Source of the DNA: Chrysomallon squamiferum
Lineage: Eukaryota > Animalia > Mollusca
Direction of reading: 5' to 3'
Length of the DNA stretch: 64,000 bases
NCBI GenBank assembly: GCA_012295275.1
Contig: CM022679.1
Coordinates: 8,370,001 to 8,434,000, forward strand
Shown: positions 26,036 through 40,035 of the stretch, in pieces
Layout: every line of letters starts with the position of its first letter
How positions within the stretch are numbered: position 1 is the first letter of the stretch
The notes under the pieces: model-generated
What the model was told of the DNA's origin: nothing
Database searches by the model: none
Seen by the model: the letters and a program-made list of their open reading frames with translations, nothing else
Made by a program: the position numbers and the translations under genes

Positions 26036-27103
26036 CCATATGTATTAATATACATACATATATACAGAAATATATATTTATCTATATGTATGTATGTCCA
26101 TACATACATACATACACATGTATGAATTTTGACAAAAACTGAAAAGTTTATATATTGATGTCATCATAAAAAGGAATGAATGAATAAATGAATAAAAAAT
26201 AAGAAATATGACGACGACAGCAGCAACAAGAAATACCCTCCAACAACACCACCACCACCAACAACAACAAAACCCTTAAACAAAATCTCACCGTTTATGC
26301 AGTGAAGAGAAACTCACAGTGTTAATATAATTTTCAAAATTCATTTTGAAGCAAACCTTCAAATTAACAACTGATTACTTTGAGAAAAATGAAAAACCAA
26401 AATCTCACGGAAAGAACCGCTGCAAGAAACTAGTCACATCTGCAATAATTATTACTTTATATGACACGTCCTGGAACGAAATATTAATAAATATAGCACA
26501 TCAAAACGCAGCAAGCTTGAAGAACATTTACATGTCATCTTAGGAGACAGAAAACCTAATTGCGGAATGTTACATTAGTATTGTGATTTAAGACAGAACC
26601 ATCAAGAAAAATCAGAGTTTTTTTTTACCAATTGGAGAGTGATCATAGTCAGACCATCAACTCTCCAAATAGTACCAGAGTTCCAAAAGGACGGATGGTC
26701 AGAGCTATGTGGGTTGAGAACAAAGTTCTGGGGTGAGGATACAGAGAAGTGAAGACTTAGCTATTTTACTGAAGGCTGGAGACGTTACTGAAAAAAGAAG
26801 AAAAAAACACGGAGTTTTTACGCGTGGGACGAAGTCGCTCTGTGAATAAGGTATGTTAAGATACATCGTATTTTTTTGAAATGTTGATACGAGACATGCA
26901 GAATTAAAAACTGCTTAAGAAGCACTGTAAAATAGCTTAGAAATTAACATTCACGAACTGAAGAAGTTATATCAAATGTAGGTTTGAAATCGTGCAGTAT
27001 ATGTAAATACAGATTAATTCTGCGAGACCCATGCAAACCAAAACACATGTGTATCAGATCATAACATACAGAGTACCAGTGTGTTACACATATACGACAG
27101 TAT

Positions 27104-27136
<33 letters not shown>

Positions 27137-27138
27137 GC

Positions 27139-27192
<54 letters not shown>

Positions 27193-28689
27193 GATGATGA
27201 TGATAACAACAACAATAGCAGTAATTATAGTAGTGGTAGTGGTAGTAGTAGTAGTAGTAGAATAGTAATAATAATAATAAAAAGGGATGGAACTGCTACT
27301 AAAGAAAAGATCTACGTAAACAGGACCTACATGAATCGTCTTGGAATGTCTCTGTTGGTAAAAAGAAAAATAACATGTATTTTATTTTTCTGAACATCTC
27401 GTTATGTGCTAATGTTATTACGTTAACAAACGAAATTAATATTATTTTCCAAATACTTCACAGCTTTCTAAAATAACATTAAAATTCCATAGACTTTAAA
27501 AAAAAAAAAAAAATTATATTTTTTTATTTTACTTAAGTATTTATAAAGATTATACTTCAAGCATAATTAACTGTTCTCTGAGATATTTATGTGATTGAAA
27601 AAAAAAAAAAAAAAAAAGAACCCACAAAATAAAAATAAGTGTAATATAATACAAAATTGATCAGACATTCATCCCATCCGAATCTAATATTGAATTGCAT
27701 AATTCAATATTCTGACCTTGTACCACGACTGACAAGTGCACACACAACTGACAGCGCGTTCTGCTGACGTCATCATTCAATACATAAATTTGACTACAGG
27801 CTCGGGCAGTATATCAGGATTATATGACAGGCGTTTTGGCAAAACGCGATGTATACGTATTTTTTTTTTTATATTTCTTTCTTTTCAATTTTTTTTAGTT
27901 TGTTTGCTGCATTTGAAAATATTGTGGTTCAAAAACTGATAAACAATAGCAAAAAAAAATTAATTAAGTAATAATAATGATGATGATGGTAATGATGATA
28001 ATGATGATAACGAGGATGATGTTAATGATACAAATTAATGATTATGATTACGCTGATGATAATGTTAGCAGCAACAACAACAATAATAAAGAATTTATAC
28101 AATTATACTGCTATAAGGAAAAAGTTAAAAATAAAAACAAAATGGCGTCTTGAAGTCAAGACAATCGTAATATATAACTATGAGAACTTTGTTTTATTAT
28201 TATTTATTTTTGTTAATTAATTTTTTTTATCTTATTATGTTTCTTTTTTTTTCCATTTTTTTTTTTTTTTTAAAGAAATACTTTGTCATTTCTGTTTCTG
28301 TTTTTACAAACAAAGCAGTAAATCGAACGCACAATGCACAAACACAGAGAAAGAAGAATAGAAAAAGAAATCTAATTTTTATGTAGACAGTGACAAACAG
28401 ACAGAGTAAGACAGAGAAATGGTGATATGTTTTAATATATAATATATTTCTTCCTTCCAATGCTGTCTGAGAGAATGAATTTATTAACAATAATTTTTAT
28501 GTATATTTGTTCAATAATTTTTTTATTTTTTATTTTATATATTTTTGATAATATTTGAGGTTTTCATAAATTCGTCAAATTTACATTTCAAAACCAAAAT
28601 AATAAATAGGAAAATATTAATTAAATTTAGGTTAAATGATAATTAATATATATTTAGTATAATGATAATACAAAATTTGGTAATAATGA

Positions 28690-28900
28690 AATTTAATAAA
28701 ATCATAAGTAAAATTTAGTAAAATAATTTAAAAAAAAATTCAGTAAAATAAAAATTCAGTAAAATCGTTATCAAAAATTTACTAAAATCATAATAAAAAT
28801 TTACTAAAATCGTAATTAAAATTTAGCAAAAAAAAAAAAAAAATAATAATAAATTTAAAAAAAACCGTAATCAAAAAATTAATAAAATCGTAAATAAAAC
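28690..28900. repeat. AT-rich ~21-bp minisatellite (AAAATTTA(G/C)TAAAATCGTAAT-like)
   Basis: Repeated unit directly after the donor of exon 1 of the RRM gene. Confidence 0.65.
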
Positions 28901-28916
28901 TGTCGGAATCGCTAAC

Positions 28917-29047
28917 CTGGCAATCCACGTACTCATCACGTGACCATACTCTTCCATTTCCGCTCGAAATTCTTGTTTGCCCACCTTCGGTCCAAGATCA
29001 CCCACGAATATTCTGTACCCACCCACCACAGGATCGAAAACACTCAT
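28917..29047 (-). CDS. SRSF3/SRSF7/RBP1-like RRM protein, first recognisable coding exon (RNP2)
   Basis: MSVFDPVVGGYRIFVGDLGPKVGKQEFRAEMEEYGHVMSTWIA+AG|gttagc. IFVGDL is RNP2, and the exon splices in phase to exon 2 to give WIARNPPGFAF. The start codon is uncertain. Confidence 0.88.
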
Positions 29048-30059
29048 AGTCTGATGTCGTCGTTTTAGAACGACTCCGTCTTCTTACTGACGCTGTTGCC
29101 GAGCAAGCACTCAAAAAAACCACACAAAAAAAAAAAAAAATTGTACTGTTAAAATCAATGACTGTCGCCAAGTTTAAAAGTTTTACAATGAAATAACAAA
29201 TGAGAAACTCCTCGTTTTAACACAGATAATGTAAACTCGATGCCAGATGTTCATGGTTTCATCAAGAGTTATCGACCTTTTTTCTATTATGAATTATTAT
29301 TTTATGGATTTTTTTAAATTTAATTTTAATTTGTTCCTTTTTTATTTATTTATTTATTTATTTATTTATTTTTTTGACCTATTTGCCCAGTAAGTGATTT
29401 ACAAAAAATAAAAAAATAAAAGAAAAGACATTCATCAATATTATTTTGGAATTATTATTGCGATTTTTTTTAAAATACTGAAATTTTTTAAACAAATTTC
29501 GATGAAGTAAGCATTAGTAGTTGAAATTCGATGACGGTTTGGTATATGAAAATACAAGTATATATATATATATAAAAACACACGATCAATTGAAAACGAT
29601 GTACTGAAATAAGTTTTTCTTGAGAAACAAATAGTTAAAGAATCACATAAGAAAATCAAAATCCTCTGAAAAATACGTTTCGGTTAGACAATAAATCTTG
29701 TATAAAAAATAACGTTCTTTTCTGTAATTGCTGAATTTCAGAAGAGTGCATATGAAAATCACAATGTCTTGATTAACGTTTTTGTTTTGTTATTAAACAA
29801 CGCACCGATATCGAAATCAGAGTCACCAGAAATCGACTGTTTTATATAATTTGAGAAACCAATTTTCTTGATGTTGAGTTTAGCAATGAAAATCACCGAT
29901 GGTTTTATATTGAAATTAATATCAGAGTCACTCGAACAACAACAGTTCGGTTTTGTTCAGTTTCACAGTCATTTCAGAAACAGTCACATATTCTTATTTA
30001 ATCCTATGTGACAACCACAAAAACTTGAAACGGTTATAAAGCTCAATGAAAATAAGTTT

Positions 30060-30310
30060 CTTAGAAGGCAGCATGGTGTAAATTTGTCATATATGAAAAT
30101 AACAATATCTTCACAAGCTAATAGTTTTGTGTTAATAAGTCATCTTGAAAAACACAACATCTTGACAAACTAATAGTTTTGTATTAAAAAGTCACATGTG
30201 AAACTCACAATACCTTGATAAATTCATAAGTCATCTTGAAAGTCGCAATAGCTTGACAAGCTAATAGTTTTGTATTAGTAAGTCGTATACGAAAATCAGT
30301 CTCTTGAATA
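30060..30310. repeat. Minisatellite with ~50-bp unit (AAGTCATCTTGAAAA.CACAA.ATCTTGACAA.CTAATAGTTTTGT)
   Basis: About 4-5 diverged copies; fainter copies may extend left. Confidence 0.75.
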
Positions 30311-30881
30311 GTATATACCATATATGAAATATCGATGATGTACCAAACTCGCTCTATAGGCCAGCGATTAAGCAAAAGTAACTCAACACAAAAAAAATAA
30401 TGAACATCGTTTATTCAAAGCGTTTTTCGTCTGCTCAGATCAAACTTAGCTGCAGCTTGCTTACTACATACGTGTCATTAAAACGTGTTAAAATGTGTCC
30501 ATGAAGTGTCCATTGCCCAATCAATTTAAATGAAACAAAGCCATGACTTAAGTTACTTTGTTTAATGGTTATTGAGCCAATGAATTATTTAATTTAATGA
30601 TTAGTTGTCCCAGAAATATTTGACGTAAAATGTATACAGCCATCCGTCAAAAAATTAAAAAAAATTAAAAAATTAAAAAATTACAAAAAAAAATTAAAAA
30701 AAGAAATCCATTTAATATATATTTTAAACTCTTCGATCGGCCACACACACACACACACAGATACAATTATAATTACGCATACACATACATATATAATAAT
30801 AGCAGCAGTAGTAGTTGTAGTAGTAATAATAATCATAATAATATCTATCTATCTACATATCTATCCACCTAATTATATATA

Positions 30882-30989
<108 letters not shown>

Positions 30990-31120
30990 AATTACACATT
31001 TCATTTATTGCTTAAAGGATTCGGTAAAACGTGTGTAACATTACAATCACAACAAGCTGCTGTAGATATGACTGCTGTGAAAATGACCGCTGTAGGCAGA
31101 GAATGATTAAAAAGTTGTTA

Positions 31121-31521
31121 GGTCAGTGTATTAGAAGAATGTTTCAGAGGATCATTGTATTAGTAGAATGTTCAAGAGAGTTGGTGTATTACTAGGATGT
31201 TTAAGAGAGTCAGTGTATTAGTAAGATATTTCAGAGGATCATTGTATTAGTAGGATGTTTAAGAGAGTCAGTGTATTAGTAAGATGTTTACGAGAGTCAG
31301 TGTATTAGTAGGATGTTTAAGAGAGTCAGTGTATTAGTAAGATATTCAAGAGAGTTACTGTATTAGTAAGATATTTAAGAGAGTCAGTGTATTAGTAAGA
31401 TGTTGAAGAGTCAGTGTATTAGTAGGATGTTTAAGAGAGTCAGTGTATTAGTAGGGTGTTTAAGAGAGTCAGTGTATTAGTAAGATGTTTAAGAGAGTCA
31501 GTGTATTAGTAAGATGTTTAA
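31121..31521. repeat. 29-bp minisatellite (AGAGAGTCAGTGTATTAGTA(A/G)GATGTTTA), ~14 copies
   Basis: Head-to-tail units with no unique spacers. Confidence 0.95.
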
Positions 31522-31689
31522 CAAGAGCATTATTTTCAGAATTTCATTCGTAAATTCTTCTCTTAATTAGTGATTTGTCATAATCATCACCATCTTATTC
31601 CTTTTTTTAATTGTTCTTCGTCGTCATCGTCATAATCGTTTTTTTTTCTTCTTCTTCTTATTATTATTAAATATTTTTGTTTGTCTCAA

Positions 31690-32081
31690 ACTGCACGGTT
31701 ACCGTACAAACAGCGAGGTTGAACTTGACAGGTGTGCTTCAGGCGATGCGTAGCAGACTCAACGCGAGAACGAACGACAGCGAACCAGTCCAGCCTTTCG
31801 CCAATTTATAACTATTTTTGTTTTCTTTCATCTCGGATATTCCGAGCCCCGACTTTTGCCCGGCAATTAACTCATTTCCTTAGGAAACGTTTTGACAATC
31901 AGCGCAAGTTATTATTTCGCCGTCATGTCTGTGCATACGCAAAGCCCATTTTCAGCACGACTCGAAAGACGGGTTAACTAACTCTTGGACGTGTTAATAT
32001 GTTTAAAGATTTGGTAATACACCGCGCGGGGTGTATCTTTAAAGGGCATTTTGCACTGTCATCACGCGATGAAGTTTTAAC
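31690..32081 (+). promoter_or_regulatory. CpG-rich promoter or non-coding first-exon candidate
   Basis: Sharp local rise in CpG and GC, no convincing ORF, and a consensus donor AAC|gtaagt at 32082. Confidence 0.4.
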
Positions 32082-32950
32082 GTAAGTAATTTTAATAGCT
32101 GTTTAAATGTAGTGTAAAGCGTCAATAACGTTGTGTTTGCTGGGTTTTCGGTTAGTCGTGAATTTGTGTTTTTCTGGTCGAACGTGGATCGTTCAAGTCG
32201 TTCGTTTAATTTAATTTCTAGCTGAGGCTGATTTGTTTGTTTTGTGGACAGAAGTCGATTGTTAAGATCCGTCGTTAATCTGATCTCTAATTCATAGGTT
32301 AAATACTTTAAATTACCGTCGTTATTGGTCAAGATATCTTTGATGCTAAAAATGTTCTTCTTACCCAAACATTTATTTATTTATTTATTTATTTATTTGT
32401 TTGTTTGTTTGTTTTCAATCTTACCATGATTGCTATTTTTTAATTTTATTTATTTATTTATTTTTTATTTTTTTTTTTTTTTTTCAGAAAAACAAAAATT
32501 TACTAATCTGTTTCCGTTTATTTAATAATTATTTCGTTATTTAATTTTGTTGTTTCAGCTTTTTTGATTTAAATTTTTTTTTGGTTCCCCTCAATGGGGA
32601 ATACGTTACTTGGAGTTAAATGCACAAATAATGGGCAGAAATATTGAACAATAAAATATTTTAAATCCTTATTAAATAACACACTTATCTCAGGAGTGTT
32701 TGTGAGCGATAAACGCATAGATTATCTGGTAGGAAATAAGAAATTTGATAAATAAGGATTTTAAGGTACGCAAAATCCATAACTGAAATTAAACACCTTG
32801 ACGAGCAATGTTATTAGCTACACGTATCTTGAAGAAGACTGGTCAATTTCGAAACTTTTTATTTACTTTTTAAAAATAACAAAGGTTGATCGATACTTTG
32901 TTATATGAAAAGTTTAGCAAAATATTTAAATCATTATGTTCTGATATATA

Positions 32951-32986
<36 letters not shown>

Positions 32987-33488
32987 AAAAAAAATCATAA
33001 ATAATATCATAGGCACATCTAGCTATATGTCCAGGGTTCCCTCCTGAATTACACGATTTGTTAAGGGAATCTTCATAATTTAATCAGTTTTAAACTGCTT
33101 TTCATATCATATCCTCTCCGAAAATCAAATTTTCAACATAAAAAAAAAAAAAAAAAAATAAAAATTTCCAGATATTTTACGTTTATATTCGGATATATGC
33201 AATCACAATTAAATGCAGTACAATTACCATAATAACAATTTTTTGATTTTCGCTCTGTAACAAAATACGGTTAATTATAAATATCAATTTTATAATAATA
33301 TACATGCTAAACATTTTAACACAGATTCTTTACTTTCATTAGGATTAATAAACGTAAGTGTTTTAGAAAAATGCTTTTGAGCCATATACGTTAAAGTACC
33401 GAAATGTTTCTAAAGCTAATAACTCTGTGAAACACTTGTGTATTTAGTAATAAATATTTTATTATACGACAGCTCGTATATGTCCAGC

Positions 33489-33555
<67 letters not shown>

Positions 33556-35298
33556 GATCGATCGATCGATCTATCTATCTACACATACAGACACAGACAT
33601 ATCATGGTTCACGCAAGGGGCGATATGGGAGAAATACTCACCCTTTTCTGTTAAACTTCATCTAACTTTTAAAATTTAAAATTTATTTTATTTTATTTAA
33701 ACACATCACTTGGAAGTTGAAAGTAGCGATGCCTCCATATTGTCCAACGATCACGTGAAGACATCATCTGATCCGTCAAATTACGTTTATTAACTAAATC
33801 ACGTGACCAGATGCATGTATAGCTGTGAAAAAAAAAAAAAAAAATTGATCTCTTTATTTACTGATATGATTAGATTAGAGGTTGACAACAAACATAGTTC
33901 TTTTAAACTTGTAGACAAACTGAATTAAGTGAGTTGGACATTTGCGCGTACAGTAAAGATTACAATTAACGATTACCAATGTAAGCGGCAGGTCCAAAAC
34001 TCGAGAAAGCAGACGACAAAGTAAATTGTAAAAACAATTTGTTAAATAATTTTATCCTTATGGATTGCGTCTGTGTTAAAGTCCCTGTTTAATTAGACAC
34101 AGATGAATCTAATGTTTGTACGTGTAGATATTTAATTTTGTGTTTGTTACAACTGTTGTTAGTCCTAATGTCCAGCATGTCTATGTATGTATGTATGTAT
34201 GTATGTATGTATGTATGTATGTATGTATGTATGTATGTATGTATGTAGGTGAAGTGAGATTATAGCTCTTAATAACAGCGTAAGTTGTTATTGTTTTTGT
34301 TGTTGTTTGTTTTGTTTGTTGTTTTATTATTATTTTTATTTTTACTATTTCTATCACTATTGTTGATTTAGTTGTTGTTGTTATTATTATTATTATTATT
34401 ATTGGGTTTTTTGTTACATTATTACTGTTAATGTTTTTATTATTTATTTATTTATTTATTTTATAAATTATTAGTTGTTGATATTGTTGTTTTTATTATT
34501 GGTAATGTTGTGTTGTCGTCGTTGTTAAAGCAACAACAACTCTAGCCACAATAAAAAACTAAGAGAAAAAGTAAATAAATATATATATATATATATATAT
34601 ATGTACACCCCAAAAAGTTATAAAGAGCAATTTGATAAAAGTGTCAGCCTCATTATGTTATCGCAAATTTATGTTCAGCTTACATAATTAATTTTGTTTA
34701 AGAAGTTAATTTTTTTTTTTCTGTTTGCTTTCATTTAAACCTTTCTTCCTTATCTTTACTTTACTTTATAATTTTCGATTTCTGCCCGTGTTTTTCTATA
34801 CGTAACAATGTATCCCACTGCGCGCATGAGTGTGATGTACGCAAGCGTGCATGTTACTTCTGTTACAGTCGAACTAATTACAAATAAAACAGTTTCTAAA
34901 TAAAGCAAGCTACGCATGTTGATATAATCAAAACTACAGCAAACCATTTTATTTCTTTATAAATTATATGAAGTATGTCCTCCGTGTAAGATTTCAGCCG
35001 TTGGTGAAAAAAATAAAAGTAAAAAAAAAAAAATACTTTATGGGTAAACGGAATGAAAAACTAATAGAAGAATACTTATTAAGATTATTACAAGGCCAAA
35101 CATATCAAGTTAATAAACACTGTTATTCTAGACAGTCGAATAATTGAAATGCAAAGCCACAATCGCTAAATGAAAAAGAATAAGAATTTAATTAATAGGG
35201 ATTTGTAAAATAACGGAACCCATTCATTTTACGTTTTATTTCGTAAAATATTGTTGTGGCAATAATAATGATGATGATGATGATGATGATGATGATGC

Positions 35299-35359
<61 letters not shown>

Positions 35360-36196
35360 TATTATTATTATTATCAATCTTATTTACTATACTGTTTACT
35401 GGAAGATGTTTTCTGTAATATTCACAATAATTAATTTGTTAGATTCTCTGTGTTGTTATGTTATTAGATTTTCGATTAGATAAAATTTTGTTTGGCCGTT
35501 TTATATTTCAATGCTCATTTTTAAATTGAAATGTAAAGGAAAAATAATGGACATGGTTGCAGTAAACAAGAAAAAAAAAAGAAGTAAACTACACACAAAC
35601 ATTAAAGAATTGTAAAAATATCAGACAACATTAAATAATAATAATCTGGAATGTTAAACTATACACCAAAACGTTTTAATGTTTACGTTTATTAGAAGAT
35701 AAAAATACAGTTTGTGAAGATATAAATACAGTTAGTGTACATGTATTTTTCAACAATGTTTAGCAACATCGTTTTGATAAACAAGACAGCACAAACCACC
35801 ACACTTGCCTTGCACGTGCATGTCCGCATAGTAATAAACAAATAAAACAAATCTTTACATCGATCAAGTAGAACTAATTCATAACAGAACTTGAATACTG
35901 TCGTCGGATGAGGGCAGATAACTCGAATTTGAGTGACCTGACCTGGGCGTTTTTTGATTCTTGGTAATTTAGTGTGGAATAATAACCTTTAAAATTAAAA
36001 TTATTTTTTGTCGTAAACTGTAATTACTGTCGTAAACAAAAAGATGACTGCTTAATATTTCATTAATTTTCGCATGGAAGCCTTTGCCGAAACCTGTAAT
36101 CGTTATGGTATGAAATCGCTACATCTAAAAGAATCAGAATTTTCAAAGCCTTTCATACACGTGTGTATGTTAACCGTTGTTTTACACTGTTTAACC

Positions 36197-36433
36197 CAGG
36201 CATGCGCAAACGTTCTCATCTTTAACTTGACTGGCTCTACGGCCGCACACATTTCATTGTGATTACGTAATGTCTGAAAGCGAAACATATGTAAGATTTA
36301 GAATAATTTTCTAAAAGTGAACCTCTGTGACAGCCATAGGAAATTCGTGGTGTTTGAGTGTTTGTGCTGACAAAAGAGACGTTAAATGTGACGAGGTGAC
36401 AACCTTCCCTCGGCCGCAAGTTGCGCACCCCTG
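36197..36433. mobile_element. Non-autonomous hAT (Charlie-like) MITE
   Basis: Terminal inverted repeats CAGGCATGCGCAA / TTGCGCACCCCTG. The 8-bp flanks GTTTAACC / GTTTAAAT fit a decayed hAT target-site duplication. Confidence 0.7.
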
Positions 36434-37192
36434 GTTTAAATCAACCCGAAATTCGTTAACATTTCTTAATTAAAAAAACCCTCATAAATTCAGTTTAAAT
36501 GGTGCAGAAATTTATGGGAATATGGTGTATTTTGTTTAAGTTTAAATAAGATAGATATAGATGGTAATAGTGAGTCACAACTGAAAGCTAGATGAAAAAG
36601 TATGAAACTTTAAATCTCAAATTGTCATTTTCATTAGTCACAACAAAATTTTCACTAGTAAATTTAAAAACATAAAAACCTGATTCTCCATCTTTACAGC
36701 GCCAGTTGAAAAAAGATAAATTGGTTCGTGATTAACATAAATTTTGATTTGTGATTAATTTGGCATGCTGAGAAAAATCTTACAAATAGGTTAGCTAAGT
36801 CTAAAACCAGATGTATATAATGAAAAAGCAAACTATTTGAATTAGAATAATTTGTTTTCTGATTAGTCTAAAAATATCAGATTGTAATTTGATTTACGTA
36901 CCTGTATGTTATTCACGAAATTTGAACACTGAAGATATATTTAGGATTTTGGACAAACAGCAAAATATCCCATTACGTTAAATTTAAAAAAAAAAAAAAA
37001 AATATTTTATTAATTTCAGTAACATGTGTTGGTAAGGAATCCTCACAACAGTCATTTGGAAAGCAGTCAAGCAGTAAAGAAGCTGGGCACTCCTGTATGG
37101 GGAATGATCAATTATTGTTGATTCAATAATATCTAGGGTTACCATATTTTCATCAACCAAAGAAGACAGTACAAAAGGAAATCAGTATTCAC

Positions 37193-37350
37193 TATGACGG
37201 GTCCCAAACCTGTCTACGCGTTTTTATTTATTCCTCCTTCCAAGTCCAGTTGAAAAAAAATGGCTAAAACATACCCTCGCTCAAGAACGATCTCGCGACC
37301 CCCCAGGAAAAAGGCTCGGGGATTGCGACCCCCCAGGCTGAAAACCTATG
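37193..37350. mobile_element. Degenerate hAT-like MITE
   Basis: Left end GGGTCCCAAACCT and right end GCGACCCCCCAGGCTGAAAACCTATG, with a doubled GCGACCCCCCAGG subterminal motif typical of Charlie-type elements. Confidence 0.55.
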
Positions 37351-38374
37351 CCGTAGGCTTGTCTACTGAAACTTAAGTGATCAAGTTATCTGGATGAAAT
37401 AAAATGTATAAATAATTATAAGGCTTTCTTTCATTTATTTATTGCCGGTAGTCATACAATATACAACAGTGTGGGATCATACCATGTTTTTATCTGGGTA
37501 ACGGGCAGAGGATTAAGTGTGCACCAGACCTTGACCTGTGTTGTAATAAACTGTGTGTCAAATAAGCATGTGACTGGTGGGTGGTAAATATATTTATCAG
37601 TAAAAAATAAATTGTCCGCCATTTAAAAAAAAAAAAAAAAAAAAAAAACCCACAAAAAACCAACACATTTGATCTGAATGTAATTTGAGGGGGGCGTTTT
37701 TTCAGTCATTTTTCATGTATCTTGATTTTACAAAATATCAGTTGATAATTAATAGTAATTTTTTTTTTTTCATTATTTCACCACTGATTTTGTTAAATAT
37801 ATATATATATATGTACGTGTGTGTGATTTGTCTGTGTGTATGTGTGTATTGCCTTCTGTATGTATGTATGTATGCATGTATGCATGTATGTGTCTGTATG
37901 TATGTCTGCATATGTGAATGTGTTTATGTATGTGTGTATGCTTGTACGTATGTATCTATATATGTATGTGTGTGTATGTAGCTATTATATATGTATGTAT
38001 TTGCGTACTTATAGTTTTCTAATAAGAAGAAATATTTTATATGCATTGAATTTAAAATGTTATTGCTGCATGAAATACACTTCCACGAATACACAACACT
38101 AAATTAAATATTAGCAATATAATATTTTTATTATTTACCTTGTCATTTGAGACAGACACACACACTATATTACTCGTGTCAAATCGAAATAAGACTTCGT
38201 AATAATATTGATAATTCCACTGTTTATATATAATATTACTTGACTGATTGTGTTTACCTTAGTCTGACAATTAATTTTTTTGGTATTATTTGATAGTTTA
38301 TGTAAACTGCAGTTTATTTATTTATATTTTTATTTATTTATTTATTTATTTATATATTTATTTATTTATTTATT

Positions 38375-38419
<45 letters not shown>

Positions 38420-38910
38420 TCCATTTTCTGATACTTTATCAAAATAACTGTTAATTGTTTTGGTTATATTTGATTATTTGACAGTTTACATAAAATACTA
38501 TAAAATTTTGTGGTTGTATTTGACGTTATTTGGCAATTTATGTAATCAATTACTGAATTTTATTTGGTTGTGTTTGGTATAATATCACTGTCTACACTTA
38601 TTTTGCAATTTGTCTGAACTTTTTGAAATTTTACATCACTTTTTGTGAACCTTCTTTAACACTAAATGCTAAAATTAAAAATTCTGGCAACATTTTAAAT
38701 TCTCTGCATGTAGTACAAAATATTTCTTATTATTAGAAAACTATAATTACAAAAACACGTATATACATACATACATACATACATACATACACACACACAT
38801 ACATACACACACACACATACATACATACACACACATACGTACACACATATATACACACATAAAGCTTAAGCCGGTCAAATGGTTGAATCAATCGTACATA
38901 TATTTATATT

Positions 38911-38941
<31 letters not shown>

Positions 38942-39689
38942 GACCAGTGCTGCTTCAAATCAAACGACCATACCTTTACCAATTATTCAACAACCAAAAA
39001 AACTTTCCCCTTTTTCTTAAACCTTACAACGGTATTTTCTTTATCAAAATTTAAAGACACAAACGATGAAAGACAAATCTTTGGTCACTGCAGACGACAG
39101 CTGAAAGATCCAGAGAAACAAATACGTGTTAATTACAGTTTCTTGGGACGCTGCCATTTTAAATCTTTCTGATCCATAATCTTTTTAAATAAACAAATAC
39201 AACATGGCGCACGACTTTCACTGTCAGCTCTGCTAAAACACAGAGATAACGATTTAATTGAGGGCGTTGCCCTTGTAATATTTCGTATGTGATATCGTTT
39301 TTTTGTTTTTTTTTTGTTTTTAAAATCAGGTGAATGTAGTCTAATTTGTTGTTTGATTTACAAGTTTAAACTTTGGGTTTTTGACCGATTAGAGATTTTG
39401 ATTAAATCAACGATTGTCTGAAGATTTAGCTAAATCGGAATGATCGCTGTGTTGTTATTAAATTTTGACAGTGTGTGTACAAAAAAAAAAAAAAAAAAAA
39501 AAAAATAATAATAATAACAATAATAATAATAATAATAATATAATAATAATAATAATAACAATAACAATAACAATAACAATAACAATAACAATAATAATAA
39601 TGAATCGAAATAAATACAAACAACAACAACAACAACAACAACAGCAGCAGCAGCAATGTCAACAACAACAACCCAATCTTTTACATATT

Positions 39690-39738
39690 AGGGAGCTGGG
39701 CGTAGCTCAAAGAGCGTTTGCTGTAGGTTCAGTGGCTA
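39690..39738 (+). mobile_element. Truncated tRNA-derived SINE head
   Basis: GGGAGCTGGGCGTAGCTCAAAGAGCGTTTG... has an A-box-like GTAGCTCA but no complete cloverleaf. Confidence 0.45.
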
Positions 39739-39990
39739 ATTAATATATTGTATATATTTTATTATTATGTACATTATTATAATCCACTGTCTTGTCATAC
39801 TTGTTATAACTGTTACAGTTATATTAAATTCTGTATGAATATACCCTCATAATGCCGTAGACTATGGCCTGAGTGTAAACAAAGTTCAGTTCAGAACAGT
39901 CCAGTCATTTGAATGGTCTTTAACCTTATGTCTGACGTCATGTAAATGAAATATCTGACTGCATTCTTAAATACACCATTTCTTTCATTT

Positions 39991-40035
<45 letters not shown>

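Noticed and set aside
31121-31521. CRISPR-like array (29-bp repeats)
   Set aside because: Units are head-to-tail with no unique spacers, there are no cas genes, and the context is eukaryotic.
39690-39738. tRNA gene
   Set aside because: No T-arm/B box or acceptor stem; better read as a SINE head.
39465-39743. PolyK/N/Q protein ORF
   Set aside because: Translation of compound A/AAT/AAC/CAG microsatellites.
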